Source: Candidatus Entotheonellaceae bacterium (GTDB lineage Bacteria; Tectomicrobia; Entotheonellia; Entotheonellales; Entotheonellaceae). Taken from it: a stretch of DNA of 64,000 bases. Shown here in pieces: positions 44,771-55,293 of this stretch. Position numbers and translations under genes: made by a program. The notes beneath the pieces were generated by a model. The model was given only the letters and a program-made list of their open reading frames with translations, was not told where the DNA came from and ran no database searches. Position 1 is the stretch's first letter. Every line of letters begins with the position of its first letter. Where the stretch lies: positions 1,216,001 through 1,280,000 of the forward strand of contig OZ250173.1 in assembly GCA_965238075.1 (NCBI GenBank). The letters are read 5' to 3'.

Positions 44771-45868
44771 ATGGCCAAACTCGACGCCTTCTTCAAGCTC
44801 ATGACGGAGCAGGGGGCGAGTGACCTGCACCTGGCCTCTGGCTCCCCGCCCCTATTGCGAGTCAATGGCGACCTGCAGCGCGTGCGTTACCCCGCCTTGA
44901 GCAACGACGACCTCAAGACCATGCTGTATGAAGTCACCCCGGCGACCCTGGTGAAACAGTTTGAGGAAACGGGGGACGCTGATTTTGCCCACGCGCCGCC
45001 CGGCTTGTCGCGTTACCGGGTCAACCTGTTCCTGCAGCAACACGGCGTCGCAGCGGTGTTCCGACAAATTCCCACCACCATTCCCAGCCTCGAAGCACTC
45101 GGGCTGCCGCGCATCCTGCTCAAATTACCCCTCTTGCCGCAGGGGCTCGTGCTGGTCACCGGGCCGACCGGGAGCGGCAAATCCACTACCTTGGCAGCGT
45201 TGATCGATTACGCCAACACGCACCGCAGGGACCACATCCTGACCATCGAGGACCCGGTGGAATTCGTCCACGCCAACAAAAACTGCGTGGTCAATCAGCG
45301 CGAGGTCGGCAGCCATACGCGCACGTTCGCCGCGGCGTTGCGGGCGGTGTTGCGAGAGGATCCGGACATCATCATGGTGGGCGAAATGCGCGATTTGGAA
45401 ACGATTCGCTTCGCCATCGAAGCGGCCTCGACCGGGCATCTGGTGTTCGCCACGCTGCACACCCGGAGCGCCGCCGCCACCATCAGCCGCATGGTGGATC
45501 TGTTCCCCGCCGCGCAACAGTCTTTGATTCGTGCAACCCTGGCCGACTCGCTACAGGCCATCGTGGCGCAGGTGCTGTTGAAGCGGCGCGATGCCGCCGG
45601 CCGCTGCGTCGCGCTGGAAATCCTTCTCGCCACCCCGGCGGTGCGCGCCCTCATTCGGGACGGCAAAACCCACCAGATTCCCACCGTGCTGCAAACCGGT
45701 AGGGCGCACGGCATGCAAGCGCTCGACGACGCGCTGCTGGAACACGTGCAGAGCGGGCGTATTCGTGCCGCGGAGGCCTATCCGCACGCCACGGACAAGA
45801 CTCGCTTCCGAGTCTTCCTGGACAACGCCGACAACCCTGCCGACACAACTTTGATATTGGGAGAATGA
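44771..45868 (+). CDS. pilT: Type IV pilus retraction ATPase
   Basis: 'GASDLHL', 'GPTGSGKST', 'TIEDPVE', 'LREDPDIIMVGEMRD', 'TGHLVFATLH'. Confidence 0.92.
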   Translation: MAKLDAFFKLMTEQGASDLHLASGSPPLLRVNGDLQRVRYPALSNDDLKTMLYEVTPATLVKQFEETGDADFAHAPPGLSRYRVNLFLQQHGVAAVFRQIPTTIPSLEALGLPRILLKLPLLPQGLVLVTGPTGSGKSTTLAALIDYANTHRRDHILTIEDPVEFVHANKNCVVNQREVGSHTRTFAAALRAVLREDPDIIMVGEMRDLETIRFAIEAASTGHLVFATLHTRSAAATISRMVDLFPAAQQSLIRATLADSLQAIVAQVLLKRRDAAGRCVALEILLATPAVRALIRDGKTHQIPTVLQTGRAHGMQALDDALLEHVQSGRIRAAEAYPHATDKTRFRVFLDNADNPADTTLILGE

Positions 45869-45939
45869 TGGATGGGTGAGGCGGCCGGAACGGCCGCCAA
45901 CCGTAGGGATAGAGCAAGCAGCACGATCCCGCAAGGCGC

Positions 45940-46419
45940 TTATCTTTTGAACCGCTCCTCTTTGGGTTTACGGAACGGCTTGTGGCAGTCGCCACAGGCT
46001 TTGCCGAGGTTCTTCACCTGCGCGCCGATGGCCGCCATATCGCCGGCGGAAGCGACATCGGCCAGCTTGGCGCCTTCTTCCTGGAGCGTCTCTGCCGCGG
46101 CCACGAATTTGTCCCAATCCTGCCAGACCTCGGGCTTGGCATCGGTACGCCCCTCGGTGATCTCTTTCTCAAATGCCCCGGCAATCACCGCGCCCATGCG
46201 CGAGATATCACTGGCATGCACCCCGATATGGCCTGCAAAAGGCAGCTTGTGCTTCAAAATGTCGCCAATCGCCCCCATGCTGGCCCCCATGGACTTCATC
46301 ACCTTCTGCCGATAGCCCAAGAAATGCTCATCGTCTTGCGCCTGTGCGCCGGTCAGCATGAGAACCAACCCGAGCATGCCAATCAGCAGCGCCATCAGTG
46401 TAAGTTGCCTGCGTCTCAT
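45940..46419 (-). CDS. Cytochrome c' / c556
   Basis: Signal peptide; 'RQKVMK', 'AKPEVW', C-terminal CGDCH. Confidence 0.9.
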   Translation of the reverse strand: MRRRQLTLMALLIGMLGLVLMLTGAQAQDDEHFLGYRQKVMKSMGASMGAIGDILKHKLPFAGHIGVHASDISRMGAVIAGAFEKEITEGRTDAKPEVWQDWDKFVAAAETLQEEGAKLADVASAGDMAAIGAQVKNLGKACGDCHKPFRKPKEERFKR

Positions 46420-46755
46420 AAAATTTCTCCCCCGTGATGCGATGGACCTTAATAGCCGTGTTCGATTGAACCTTCCTCGCCCAGGACACCGTGCTGCTTT
46501 GCGCCGGAAAGTAGCACCCCCGGCTTTTCCATGTCAAGCCACGACAAGGCGCTCGGATGGGCCGGATTGACGCACCAACGGAGGCGGCAACGCCCCTTTT
46601 TGAGAGGGTATTGGCCGCCAAATGGCGATGCAGGGGCTTTACAAGCGTGATATACTGCTGCTCCATCGTGGTTGGCGATCTGTAGCAGCCAAAACCGCGA
46701 CCCCACAGAGCCACGACTTGACCTATCACTTGCCTGATAGGAGGCAGCAGAGCAT

Positions 46756-47490
46756 ATGGCTTCATACTTTGGTGCCGGCTTGCAGAACATTATCCCGATG
46801 CTCGCAGGTCTCGGTACGATTGTGCAGCTCCTTGTTCTGAGTTCCCTTGTTCTCGCCTCTGTCGTCTGCTGGGCTATCATCTTCAACAAATCGCGTCAGC
46901 TCCGCCGTGTGCAGCGGTATGACCGGCGCTTTCGGCGTGCCTTCCAGTCGGCGCAGGATTTTGCCTTCCTGGCAGCCGCGGCGCGGCGCTTCTCGCAGTC
47001 GCCGATGGCAAGGCTATTGCGTACCGCGCATCGGTATGCCGCGGTATCGAGCAACGGCAGCGCGCCCGGCCTCTCCGGAAGGGGCTTGGACCGCTTACGC
47101 CAGACGCTCGACGCACGGTTGGCGGTCGAAACGGGAGAGCTTGAGGTCGGCCTGCCCTTTCTGGCCACAACCGCCAGCGTCACGCCTTTCATCGGTCTCC
47201 TAGGCACCGTATGGGGCATTATGCAGTCATTTCACGCCGTGGGTCAGGGAGGCAGCGCCTCGCTGGTCGTGGTGGGGCCTGGAATTTCCGAGGCGCTGGT
47301 GGCGACCGCCGCCGGCTTGGCGGCGGCCATCCCCGCCGTTATCGCATACAACTATTTCCTCAACCGTCTACACCGGATGGAAAGCGACATGCAGGGCTTC
47401 ATCGAGGAGCTCCTGCAGATGTTCGAGGCGGTGCCAATGGCAGAATCCGAGATGCCGACGGCCGGCGGCCATGTGCCGTTGCAGCATTGA
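46756..47490 (+). CDS. tolQ: TolQ
   Basis: 'FLATTASVTPFIGLLGTVWGIM', 'GISEALVATAAGL'. Confidence 0.92.
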   Translation: MASYFGAGLQNIIPMLAGLGTIVQLLVLSSLVLASVVCWAIIFNKSRQLRRVQRYDRRFRRAFQSAQDFAFLAAAARRFSQSPMARLLRTAHRYAAVSSNGSAPGLSGRGLDRLRQTLDARLAVETGELEVGLPFLATTASVTPFIGLLGTVWGIMQSFHAVGQGGSASLVVVGPGISEALVATAAGLAAAIPAVIAYNYFLNRLHRMESDMQGFIEELLQMFEAVPMAESEMPTAGGHVPLQH

Positions 47491-47505
47491 TGAAGGATAC
47501 CCACC

Positions 47506-47925
47506 ATGGTAAGCGGTCGATCATCCCGTCGCGCGGCCCTTGCCGAAATCAACGTGACGCCGTTGGTTGACGTCATGCTGGTGCTGTTGATCATTTTCAT
47601 GATCACGGCACCCATGCTGCAGCACGAGGTGGAAGTCAACCTACCGGAAGTCACCAACAAGCCCCACAACACGCAGTCGGAGGAGCAACTCGTCCTCACC
47701 GTCACCAAGGAAGGAAGCGTTTTTCTCAACCGCAAGGCCTATACCCTGGAGGCATTGCGTCCACATCTACAGGTGCTGTCGCAGGCGCAGCCCGACCAGG
47801 AAATGTTTCTACGCGCCGATGCCGAGGTGCCGTACGGCAGAGTCGTCCAGGTCATGGACGCCGTCAAAAAAGCCGGCATTCTCAGGCTGGGGATGATTAC
47901 ACAACCTGAGCCGGATACACGATGA
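47506..47925 (+). CDS. tolR: TolR
   Basis: 'EINVTPLVDVMLVLLIIFMITAP', 'LRADAEVPYG'. Confidence 0.92.
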   Translation: MVSGRSSRRAALAEINVTPLVDVMLVLLIIFMITAPMLQHEVEVNLPEVTNKPHNTQSEEQLVLTVTKEGSVFLNRKAYTLEALRPHLQVLSQAQPDQEMFLRADAEVPYGRVVQVMDAVKKAGILRLGMITQPEPDTR

Positions 47926-48800
47926 AAGCCGTCAAAGTCTCACATCAACCGGGTCATGCCAGACAGAGGCTGTTCGCCACCTCCTTTGGCGTTTCTGTGT
48001 TGATCCACGGCTTGGTGATTGGCTGGATGCTCAGCGGCAGTGGCGCAGCCCGCTCGCTGCTGTCGGATGTGCCATCGTTTCATACGGTCTCCCTGGTTGA
48101 TGCCCCTGGCTCTAATCTGCCTCCTGAGCCGGAATCGCAACCGCAAGCCATTGCCAAGCCGGCACCGGCGGCTAAGCCCAAGTCCGTTGAAGAGCCCGAG
48201 AAGCCAGCGGCAGTCGAAACCCGGGTCAAGAAGCCCGCACCGGCCAAAGCATCCGTCAAAAAGCCAGCACCAACCCAAACGTCCGTTAGAAAGCCAGCGC
48301 CGGCGGCGCCCAAGGTCGCTGCTGCGCAACCCAAGGCAGCACCGGCAGCCAAAGCCACCGCAAAGCCTAGATCGCCAGCCGGCCGCAACTCACCGCAGGC
48401 AGCGGCGCGCGCCCAACGGGCGGTCGCCAACATGCGACGCGCCCAGGCTCGCGTTCAAGGGACGAGCACGAACCAGACGCACAGCAGCATTGCCGCCCGG
48501 ATGCAGAACATACAGTTGCAGGCTTACCAGGGAATTGTGCAGGCGCGTATCACCAAGGCCTGGCATCTACCGATGATGAAAAAGACTGCGCAGGCGCTTC
48601 AGGCCGTTGCGCTGCTGATCATTGACCGTGAGGGGCAAGTGATTCGATATCAGTTGACCACGTCATCCGGCAATCGGCCGTTCGATGACGCCTTGAAACG
48701 GGCAGTGCGGGCTTCGTCGCCTTTACCGCCGCTACCGGAGTTTTTTCCGGGGGACATCCTGGAAGCTGAGATCCACTTTACACCGCCAGCGTCTTCGTGA
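47922..48800 (+). CDS. tolA: TolA/TonB family protein
   Basis: N-terminal TM with 'SVLIH', Pro/Lys/Ala-rich linker, 'SSGNRPFDDA' C-domain; position in operon. Confidence 0.8.
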   Translation: MKAVKVSHQPGHARQRLFATSFGVSVLIHGLVIGWMLSGSGAARSLLSDVPSFHTVSLVDAPGSNLPPEPESQPQAIAKPAPAAKPKSVEEPEKPAAVETRVKKPAPAKASVKKPAPTQTSVRKPAPAAPKVAAAQPKAAPAAKATAKPRSPAGRNSPQAAARAQRAVANMRRAQARVQGTSTNQTHSSIAARMQNIQLQAYQGIVQARITKAWHLPMMKKTAQALQAVALLIIDREGQVIRYQLTTSSGNRPFDDALKRAVRASSPLPPLPEFFPGDILEAEIHFTPPASS

Positions 48801-50128
48801 GGACAAGCATGCGAATCGTGTCTCGCAATTGCGGCATTTTGGCCCTAGTACTCGTGTTGTGCTGGGTTGTCGACCCGGCGTCCCAGGAACGCATCCGTAT
48901 CGACATCAATCAGGTGGGCGACTACCTCCTTCCCATTGCGCTTCCGAAACTCAAGGGGGAAATGGTAGACCCGGTGCTGGGACAGCAAATCCGCACCGTG
49001 ATGCAGCGCGACCTCGAACGTACCGGGCTGTTCCGCATCATTGAATCAAACGGCAATAGCGTCCAGACGATCAAGACGTTACCTTATGGCGACTGGTCGA
49101 GTCTGGGGGCTGCGGGCGTTATCGCCGGTCAACTTGACGTGTCCCAGGGCCGGGCGCCGCTTACCTTGCAGCTCACGCTCCACGACGTCGCCCAACAATT
49201 GATGCTGTTCGGCAAGGTCTACCAGGGCTCCCGCGAGGGGCATCGGCGTATGGCCCACCGCTTCAGCGACCACGTGCTACAGGTCTTCACCGGCGAGCAG
49301 GGACCGTTCGACACCCAAGTCATGTGTGTCAGCCCCGTGCCGGATAGCAAGGCGACCGAGATCGTACGCATGGACTATGACGGCCACGGCGCGCGGCGCC
49401 TCGTCGCCAACGGCGCCTTGAATCTGGCCCCTGTGCTGTCGCCCGATGGCAGCGTTTTGGCGTACACTTCGTACCGCGCCGGCTCGCCGGACATTTACCT
49501 GCTGAACCTGCGCGACGGCCAGGAGGAACGCCTGACGAGCGAGCCGGGCCTGGCGCTGGCGGGTTCTTGGTCGCCCGACGGGCGCTATCTGGCCTTGAGC
49601 CGGACGATCGACGGCAACAACGACCTCTTCCTTTATGACACCCGGCGTCGGCGTTTCAAGAGACTGACGAACGATCCGGGCATTGACGTGTCCCCCAGTT
49701 TCGCCCCGGATGGCCGCCGTCTGGTCTTTACCTCGGACCGTGGCGGTTCGCCGCAACTTTATCTCACCAACGTGAAGGGAGGGAGGCCTGCCCGTCTGAC
49801 ATTTGAAGGGACCTACAATACCGCCCCGGCGTGGTCGCCGCGGGACGATACCATCGCTTATGTAGGACGCGGTGAGGATCGCGCGATGGCCATTTACACG
49901 ATCCATGCCGAAAGTCGCCAACGTCAGCGCCTGAGTTTCGGACCCCGTCAGTATGAGGCGCCGACTTGGGACCCGCACGGCCGTTTCTTGATGCACACCA
50001 GCAGGGTCGGAGACGCATGGCAACGCTACATTGTGCGCCAGGACGGACATGATAAAATACTTTCTGCCGCCAATGGGCTCGCCTGTCTCTCACCCCAATG
50101 GGTAACGCGCGCAAAACCATCGTCCTAA
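48797..50128 (+). CDS. tolB: TolB beta-propeller protein
   Basis: PD40 repeats 'SPDG', 'FTSDRGGSPQLY'; operon position. Confidence 0.9.
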   Translation: MRTSMRIVSRNCGILALVLVLCWVVDPASQERIRIDINQVGDYLLPIALPKLKGEMVDPVLGQQIRTVMQRDLERTGLFRIIESNGNSVQTIKTLPYGDWSSLGAAGVIAGQLDVSQGRAPLTLQLTLHDVAQQLMLFGKVYQGSREGHRRMAHRFSDHVLQVFTGEQGPFDTQVMCVSPVPDSKATEIVRMDYDGHGARRLVANGALNLAPVLSPDGSVLAYTSYRAGSPDIYLLNLRDGQEERLTSEPGLALAGSWSPDGRYLALSRTIDGNNDLFLYDTRRRRFKRLTNDPGIDVSPSFAPDGRRLVFTSDRGGSPQLYLTNVKGGRPARLTFEGTYNTAPAWSPRDDTIAYVGRGEDRAMAIYTIHAESRQRQRLSFGPRQYEAPTWDPHGRFLMHTSRVGDAWQRYIVRQDGHDKILSAANGLACLSPQWVTRAKPSS

Positions 50129-50150
50129 ACCGTATAGGAGAATCAGCGTC

Positions 50151-50768
50151 ATGGTCTTTCAACTGTTGCGAATCACGGTAATTGTTTTCCTGTCAACGAT
50201 CCTTTTGGCAGGCTGTGGGCGTAAAGCCGGTTCGGTGGCGCCGGAGCCCCCCGCCGATATGGCGGCCTCGTCCGAGGAGGCTGACGCCGAGGCAGGCATG
50301 CCAGACGGAATGGGTGATGACGGGTCGATATCGGAAGAAGACATGCTCACCGAACGCGCCATGGTGGCCGAGGGGCAGGCTCGTCAGGCAGAAGCCATGC
50401 GCCAAGCCGAAATGGCCGAAATGACTCAGGCGGCTTTCGTAAACGAGGACATCCACTTTGCATTCGACAGCTTTCTGCTCGCCCCTGAGGCCGAACGCAT
50501 TGTCGGGGAGAAGGCTTCGTGGCTACAGGACAATGGCGGCGCCAGCATACAAATCGAGGGGCACTGCGACGAGCGCGGTACCAGCGCCTACAACCTTGCC
50601 CTCGGCGAACGCCGGGCCAACGCTGTGCAGCAGTACCTGACGGTGCTGGGCATTGCCCCCGACCGCCTCTCGACCATCAGTTATGGCGAGGAGCAGCCTC
50701 TGGATCCCGGCCATGACGAGGCGGCGTGGAGCCGTAACCGGCGGGCTCACTTCGTCGTTATTCAATAA
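50151..50768 (+). CDS. pal: Peptidoglycan-associated lipoprotein
   Basis: Lipobox 'LAGC'; 'IEGHCDERGTSAYNLALGERRA', 'NRRAHF'. Confidence 0.95.
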   Translation: MVFQLLRITVIVFLSTILLAGCGRKAGSVAPEPPADMAASSEEADAEAGMPDGMGDDGSISEEDMLTERAMVAEGQARQAEAMRQAEMAEMTQAAFVNEDIHFAFDSFLLAPEAERIVGEKASWLQDNGGASIQIEGHCDERGTSAYNLALGERRANAVQQYLTVLGIAPDRLSTISYGEEQPLDPGHDEAAWSRNRRAHFVVIQ

Positions 50769-50778
50769 ATAGAGAGAG

Positions 50779-51759
50779 GTGTTGCGTATGCGACGGTTTA
50801 CCTTATTTGCCAATCTTCTCATGGCCGGTCTCCTGTCCGGCTGCACGAGTGAAGTGGACATGGCCAATATGCGCGACAACACGTTGCATAGCACGCAAAT
50901 TCGATCCGATCAGGTCACGACGATACAGAACCGTGTGGCACGGTTGGAGGCGTCCGAAGAGGGGAGGCAGCGCAGCTTGATCCGTCTGACTGCCGCCTTG
51001 GATGAACTGCGTCTTGAGCAGCGGAAATTACGCGGCGAACTCGAGGAATTGCAGTACCATCAAGAACAAGTCAGAACCGGTCTGGATTACAGGCTGACTG
51101 CCCTGGATCAGCGTTTGCGAATCCTGGAGACTCGCTCCGGAGTGGGGGGCATCGCCCCAGGCCAACTTGACTCTGGTAGCGAGCCGCCGCTCCCTTTCGA
51201 TCCAGGCTCCGAGATTGAGCCGCCCGTGGAACCCGTCGCCGAACCGACTTTGCCAGCACCTCAGTCGGAACCCGTTGCAGTAGAACCGCCGGCAACACCG
51301 GAGCCAGAGGTCGTCGAGGCGCCGCCAACACCAGAACCGAAGCCTGTCGTAAAGCCGCCGGCCTTGCCACCGGAGAAAGATCCCGAAGCCATACGGCTGT
51401 TCCAGCGCGCCCGTGAAGATTACCAACAGGGCAACTACGAGGTGACGATCATTCTCTTCAAGCAGTACTTACGGCAGTATCAACAGTCCGCCCAAGCGGG
51501 GAACGCACAGTACTGGGTTGGCGAATCGCTATACGCGCAGAAGGAATATAATGCGGCCATCGTCGCCTTCGATGAGGTGATTCAGCAATATCCACAGAAC
51601 GAAAAAGTCCCGGCGGCAACGCTGAAGATCGGCCTATCGTTCGCCCATTTGGCTGACAAGCCGAACGCACGGTTCTTTCTGCGACAGGTTCAGGAAAAAT
51701 TTCCCAACAGCGCCGAAGCGCAGCTGGCCACCGAGAAGTTCAAGCAATTGCGACGTTAA
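50779..51759 (+). CDS. cpoB: Tol-Pal system protein CpoB/YbgF
   Basis: Lipobox 'LSGC', coiled coil, TPR 'NAQYWVGESLY', 'KFPNSAEA'. Confidence 0.88.
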   Translation: MLRMRRFTLFANLLMAGLLSGCTSEVDMANMRDNTLHSTQIRSDQVTTIQNRVARLEASEEGRQRSLIRLTAALDELRLEQRKLRGELEELQYHQEQVRTGLDYRLTALDQRLRILETRSGVGGIAPGQLDSGSEPPLPFDPGSEIEPPVEPVAEPTLPAPQSEPVAVEPPATPEPEVVEAPPTPEPKPVVKPPALPPEKDPEAIRLFQRAREDYQQGNYEVTIILFKQYLRQYQQSAQAGNAQYWVGESLYAQKEYNAAIVAFDEVIQQYPQNEKVPAATLKIGLSFAHLADKPNARFFLRQVQEKFPNSAEAQLATEKFKQLRR

Positions 51760-51778
51760 CGGCGCGAGGAGAGCACTG

Positions 51779-52534
51779 ATGGGACGACTGGACGGTAAGG
51801 TGGCGTTGATCAGCGGCGGCGCGCGCGGCCAAGGCGCCACCGAGGGGCGGATGTTGGCACAGGAGGGCGCCAAGGTGGTCCTGGGCGACATCCTGGACGA
51901 GCAGGGCCGTGCGGTCGAAGCGGAAATCCGCGCTGCCGGCGGCGCGGCGACTTACGTGCACCTGAATGTCACCAGCGAGTCGGATTGGCAATCAGCGGTG
52001 CAAACAGCCGAAAGCACGTACGGCGGCTTGCACGTGCTGGTGAACAACGCCGGGATTTTGATCCGCGCCACAATCGAGGAGACCACGGAGGACGATTTTG
52101 ACCGCATCATGGCCGTCAACGTCAAGGGGGTATTTCTCGGCACGAAGCACGCCATACCGGCCATGCGCCGCGCCGGCGGCGGCTCGATTGTCAACATCTC
52201 GTCGGTCGCCGGACTCGTCGGAAGCCCCGGAGAGACCGCAGCGTACTCCGCCACCAAGGGCGGTGTGCGCCTGTTTACCAAGTCCACCGCGATTCAACAC
52301 GCCAAAGACAACGTTCGTTGCAATTCCGTGCACCCCGGTCCGATCGCCACCGACATGATCAAGGACATGCTCGAAGACCCAGAGCAGTGGGAGCAGCGGA
52401 TGCGGCGCCTACCCCTCAAGCGCCCCGGCAGGCCGGAGGATATCGCTTACGGCGTTATCTATCTGGCCTCGGATGAATCGTCGTACGTTACCGGCGCCGA
52501 ACTGGTGATTGACGGCGGCACCACGGCCGAGTAA
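51779..52534 (+). CDS. SDR family oxidoreductase (3alpha,20beta-HSD/cyclopentanol dehydrogenase-like)
   Basis: 'SGGARGQG', 'NNAG', 'YSATKG', 'NSVHPG'. Confidence 0.9.
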   Translation: MGRLDGKVALISGGARGQGATEGRMLAQEGAKVVLGDILDEQGRAVEAEIRAAGGAATYVHLNVTSESDWQSAVQTAESTYGGLHVLVNNAGILIRATIEETTEDDFDRIMAVNVKGVFLGTKHAIPAMRRAGGGSIVNISSVAGLVGSPGETAAYSATKGGVRLFTKSTAIQHAKDNVRCNSVHPGPIATDMIKDMLEDPEQWEQRMRRLPLKRPGRPEDIAYGVIYLASDESSYVTGAELVIDGGTTAE

Positions 52535-52550
52535 CGCTTCCCGCCGAAGC

Positions 52551-53132
52551 CTACTTCTTGAGTTTCGTCACGAATGCCGCAAGTTGTGCGCCGAGCCCTT
52601 CAACACGGGCCTGCAGCCCCTCGTCCTGAAGACCCCCGTCCGGCTGAAAAGCCCGCATCGCCTGAGAAATCGTGACCTGATCGGGCAACACCAACACACC
52701 GATATTCCCCAAGATCGTGCGCACGTGCGTCAGCGATCGCACACCGCCGAAACCGCCTGCCGCAGCACTCATCAGCGCCGCCGCCTTACCCTGAAACGCC
52801 ACCAGTCGCGGCTCATCGGGTACCGGGCGCGACACCCAATCAATGGTGTTCTTCAGCACCGCGCTGATGGAACTATTGTATTCGGGCGCCGCGATCAGGA
52901 AACCGTCATGCGCGATCATCAATTGCTTGAATGCTTGCGCCGCCGCGGGCAGCCCCTCCGCCGCCTCCAGGTCGCCGTCGTACAGCGGCATGGCATAGTC
53001 CCGGAGGTCGACCAGGGTGACCTCCACCCCGGCGGCGCGCCCCCCATCCGCGGCGATACGGACTATCTTCTTGTTGAATGAATCTGCGCGCGTGCTACCG
53101 GCAAATGCGAGAATACTTGGTTGGTCTGCCAT
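52551..53132 (-). CDS. NADPH-dependent FMN reductase
   Basis: 'GSTRADSFN', 'APEYNSSISAVLKNTIDWVSR'. Confidence 0.92.
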   Translation of the reverse strand: MADQPSILAFAGSTRADSFNKKIVRIAADGGRAAGVEVTLVDLRDYAMPLYDGDLEAAEGLPAAAQAFKQLMIAHDGFLIAAPEYNSSISAVLKNTIDWVSRPVPDEPRLVAFQGKAAALMSAAAGGFGGVRSLTHVRTILGNIGVLVLPDQVTISQAMRAFQPDGGLQDEGLQARVEGLGAQLAAFVTKLKK

Positions 53133-53259
53133 TTCTTTCCTTCCTATATGCTATTCCGCCTGCATGCCGTCCGCCGTTTTCCGAACCCCGTGAGTCGGCG
53201 GCGGCATTCTAGCACATCGGCCTGCCCCTTCGGTTCCTTCTTTCGCCATCAGCTTGTTC

Positions 53260-53287
53260 TTGACAGCATAGAAAATAGCAGTAGGCT
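53260..53287 (+). promoter_or_regulatory. Putative sigma70 promoter for PQQ dehydrogenase gene
   Basis: TTGACA (53260-53265), 16-nt spacer, TAGGCT. Confidence 0.35.
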
Positions 53288-53376
53288 AGGCTCTCTTCAG
53301 TTCGCCAGTGGCATAGGTGGGGGGTTGGGAATGAAGCACAGACGTACCTGAACTTCTTAGCTTTAAGGAGAGAGAC

Positions 53377-55161
53377 ATGGATGAGCGGAAACGTTTAAGG
53401 TCTCTGATCGCTTTGCTGACCGTCGCCTTGCTCGTCATCTGGGGCGGAACCGCCATGGCGGCTTCCCACGAGGAGGGAGAGGACGCATCGCGTTTCTCAT
53501 CTGAAGAGATCGAAGGCGAGGAAGAAGGAGCACGTATCGAAGTCCTGGAGGGATACGTCTCGCCGGGCATCATCACCGATTCCATGTTGCTGAATGCCGG
53601 CAAGGATCCGAACAACTGGATTTTGTACGGCAAGGACTATTCCCACACCCGTTACAGCCAACTCGACCAGATCAACACCGAGACGGTGCGGAACCTCGTG
53701 CCCAAATGGATGGTGTCGTTTGGCTCGCTGGACAGCCAGGGCAGCCAGACGATTGCCTTCAATGGCAACCTGTTCGTCAGTTCGTCGCACAACCGCTTTT
53801 TCCGCGTCGACGGGCGGACGGGCCGCACCGTGTGGCGCTACGACCATCCACTGCCGGGCGACGTCGCCCCGCACCTGTGCTGCGACGTGATCAACCGCGG
53901 CCCGGCGCTTTACGGCGACAAAGCCTACGTGGCGACCCTGGACGGCCATCTGGTAGCGCTGGATACGGCAAGCGGCCAAGTCGTCTGGGATCAGACGGTG
54001 GCGGATTACAAAAGCTCGTACAGCTTCACCCTGATGCCGCTGGCACTGGACGGCAAGATCATCATCGGCACCTCGGGGGCGGAGTTCGGCATTCGCGGCT
54101 TCATCACCGCGCGCGACGCCGAGACGGGCGAAGAAGTGTGGAAGACGCACACCATTCCTGCCCCCGGCGAGCCGGGCGGCGACACCTGGCCGGGTGATAC
54201 CTACAAGTACGGCGGCGGTTCGGCGTGGGTGACGGGAGCCTATGACCCCGTCCTCGACACCATCTACTGGGGCGTCGGCCAGCCTGGCCCCTGGGACCGT
54301 CAAGCCCACCCGGGCGACAACCTGTACACCAACTCCACCGTCGCGTTGGACCCTGCCTCCGGGGCTATCAAGTTCCACTTCCAGTACACCCCGAACGATC
54401 CGTATGACTACGACGGCGTGAACGAAACCATCCTGGCCGACATCGACGGTCAGCAGGTTTGGCTCCACGCGGACCGCAACGGGCATTTCTACTCCATCGA
54501 TCGCACCAACGGCAGTTTCAACTACGCCGTGCCGCTAGGCAAGGTCACTTGGAACCGGGGCTTCGATCCTGAAACCGGTCGACCGATCTTCGCCTATCCG
54601 GAGATGGACGTTGGTTATGACAAGGTGACCGAGGGTATCTACCCTGCCCTGTTTGGCGGCAAGGAATGGAACCCCATGGCTTACAATCCCGAGACCCAGA
54701 TCGCCTACGTGCCCGCCTTCGGCGACCACAGCATGGACCTGCAGGCGAAGGTGGAGAAGTATACGCGCGGCGAGCTCTACCTCGGCATCAAGACCATGAA
54801 GTTCTACGGCGGTGGCGGCGAGTTGCGTGCCATCAACGCCAAGAACGGCGAGTTGGTTTGGGTACACAACAACCCGATGCCGTTCCGCAGCAGTGTCATC
54901 ACCACCGCCGGAAACCTGGTGTTCGCCGGTGATACGGAGGGTTACATCAAGGCATTCAACGCCACCACCGGCGCGCAGTTGTGGAGTTTTAACTGTGGCA
55001 CCGCCGTCATGGGCGGCGTCAATACCTTCACGGTGGACGGCGAGCAACTCCTCGCCGTTGTCGCCGGCCAGGCCGGCACGGCTATCGAGACGGGCCTGGA
55101 TCAGGACTGGCCCAAGAAACACCAGAAGGGCGGTTATCTGATCACCTTCGGGCTGCACTAA
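53377..55161 (+). CDS. PQQ-dependent alcohol dehydrogenase (methanol/ethanol family), probable lanthanide type
   Basis: Signal peptide; 'RYSQLDQIN', vicinal 'CCDVINRG', 'SGAEFG', 'YDYDGVNE', 'GGKEWNPMAY'. Confidence 0.88.
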   Translation: MDERKRLRSLIALLTVALLVIWGGTAMAASHEEGEDASRFSSEEIEGEEEGARIEVLEGYVSPGIITDSMLLNAGKDPNNWILYGKDYSHTRYSQLDQINTETVRNLVPKWMVSFGSLDSQGSQTIAFNGNLFVSSSHNRFFRVDGRTGRTVWRYDHPLPGDVAPHLCCDVINRGPALYGDKAYVATLDGHLVALDTASGQVVWDQTVADYKSSYSFTLMPLALDGKIIIGTSGAEFGIRGFITARDAETGEEVWKTHTIPAPGEPGGDTWPGDTYKYGGGSAWVTGAYDPVLDTIYWGVGQPGPWDRQAHPGDNLYTNSTVALDPASGAIKFHFQYTPNDPYDYDGVNETILADIDGQQVWLHADRNGHFYSIDRTNGSFNYAVPLGKVTWNRGFDPETGRPIFAYPEMDVGYDKVTEGIYPALFGGKEWNPMAYNPETQIAYVPAFGDHSMDLQAKVEKYTRGELYLGIKTMKFYGGGGELRAINAKNGELVWVHNNPMPFRSSVITTAGNLVFAGDTEGYIKAFNATTGAQLWSFNCGTAVMGGVNTFTVDGEQLLAVVAGQAGTAIETGLDQDWPKKHQKGGYLITFGLH

Positions 55162-55293
55162 ACCCTGTTCGTTAACTAGCTGCAGGCTGCTATGGGTCGC
55201 CATGATCCGTAGCAGCCTCATTTTTATGAAAGCTGCTCAGGCAAGCGGGCTGTACGAGACGGCACGGCAAATCAATTGCAAGAGAGGAGAATC

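Noticed and set aside
48130-48380. Quasi-repeats (aagccagc/aagcccgc) in tolA
   Set aside because: They encode the normal Lys-Pro-Ala linker; not a CRISPR or mobile repeat.
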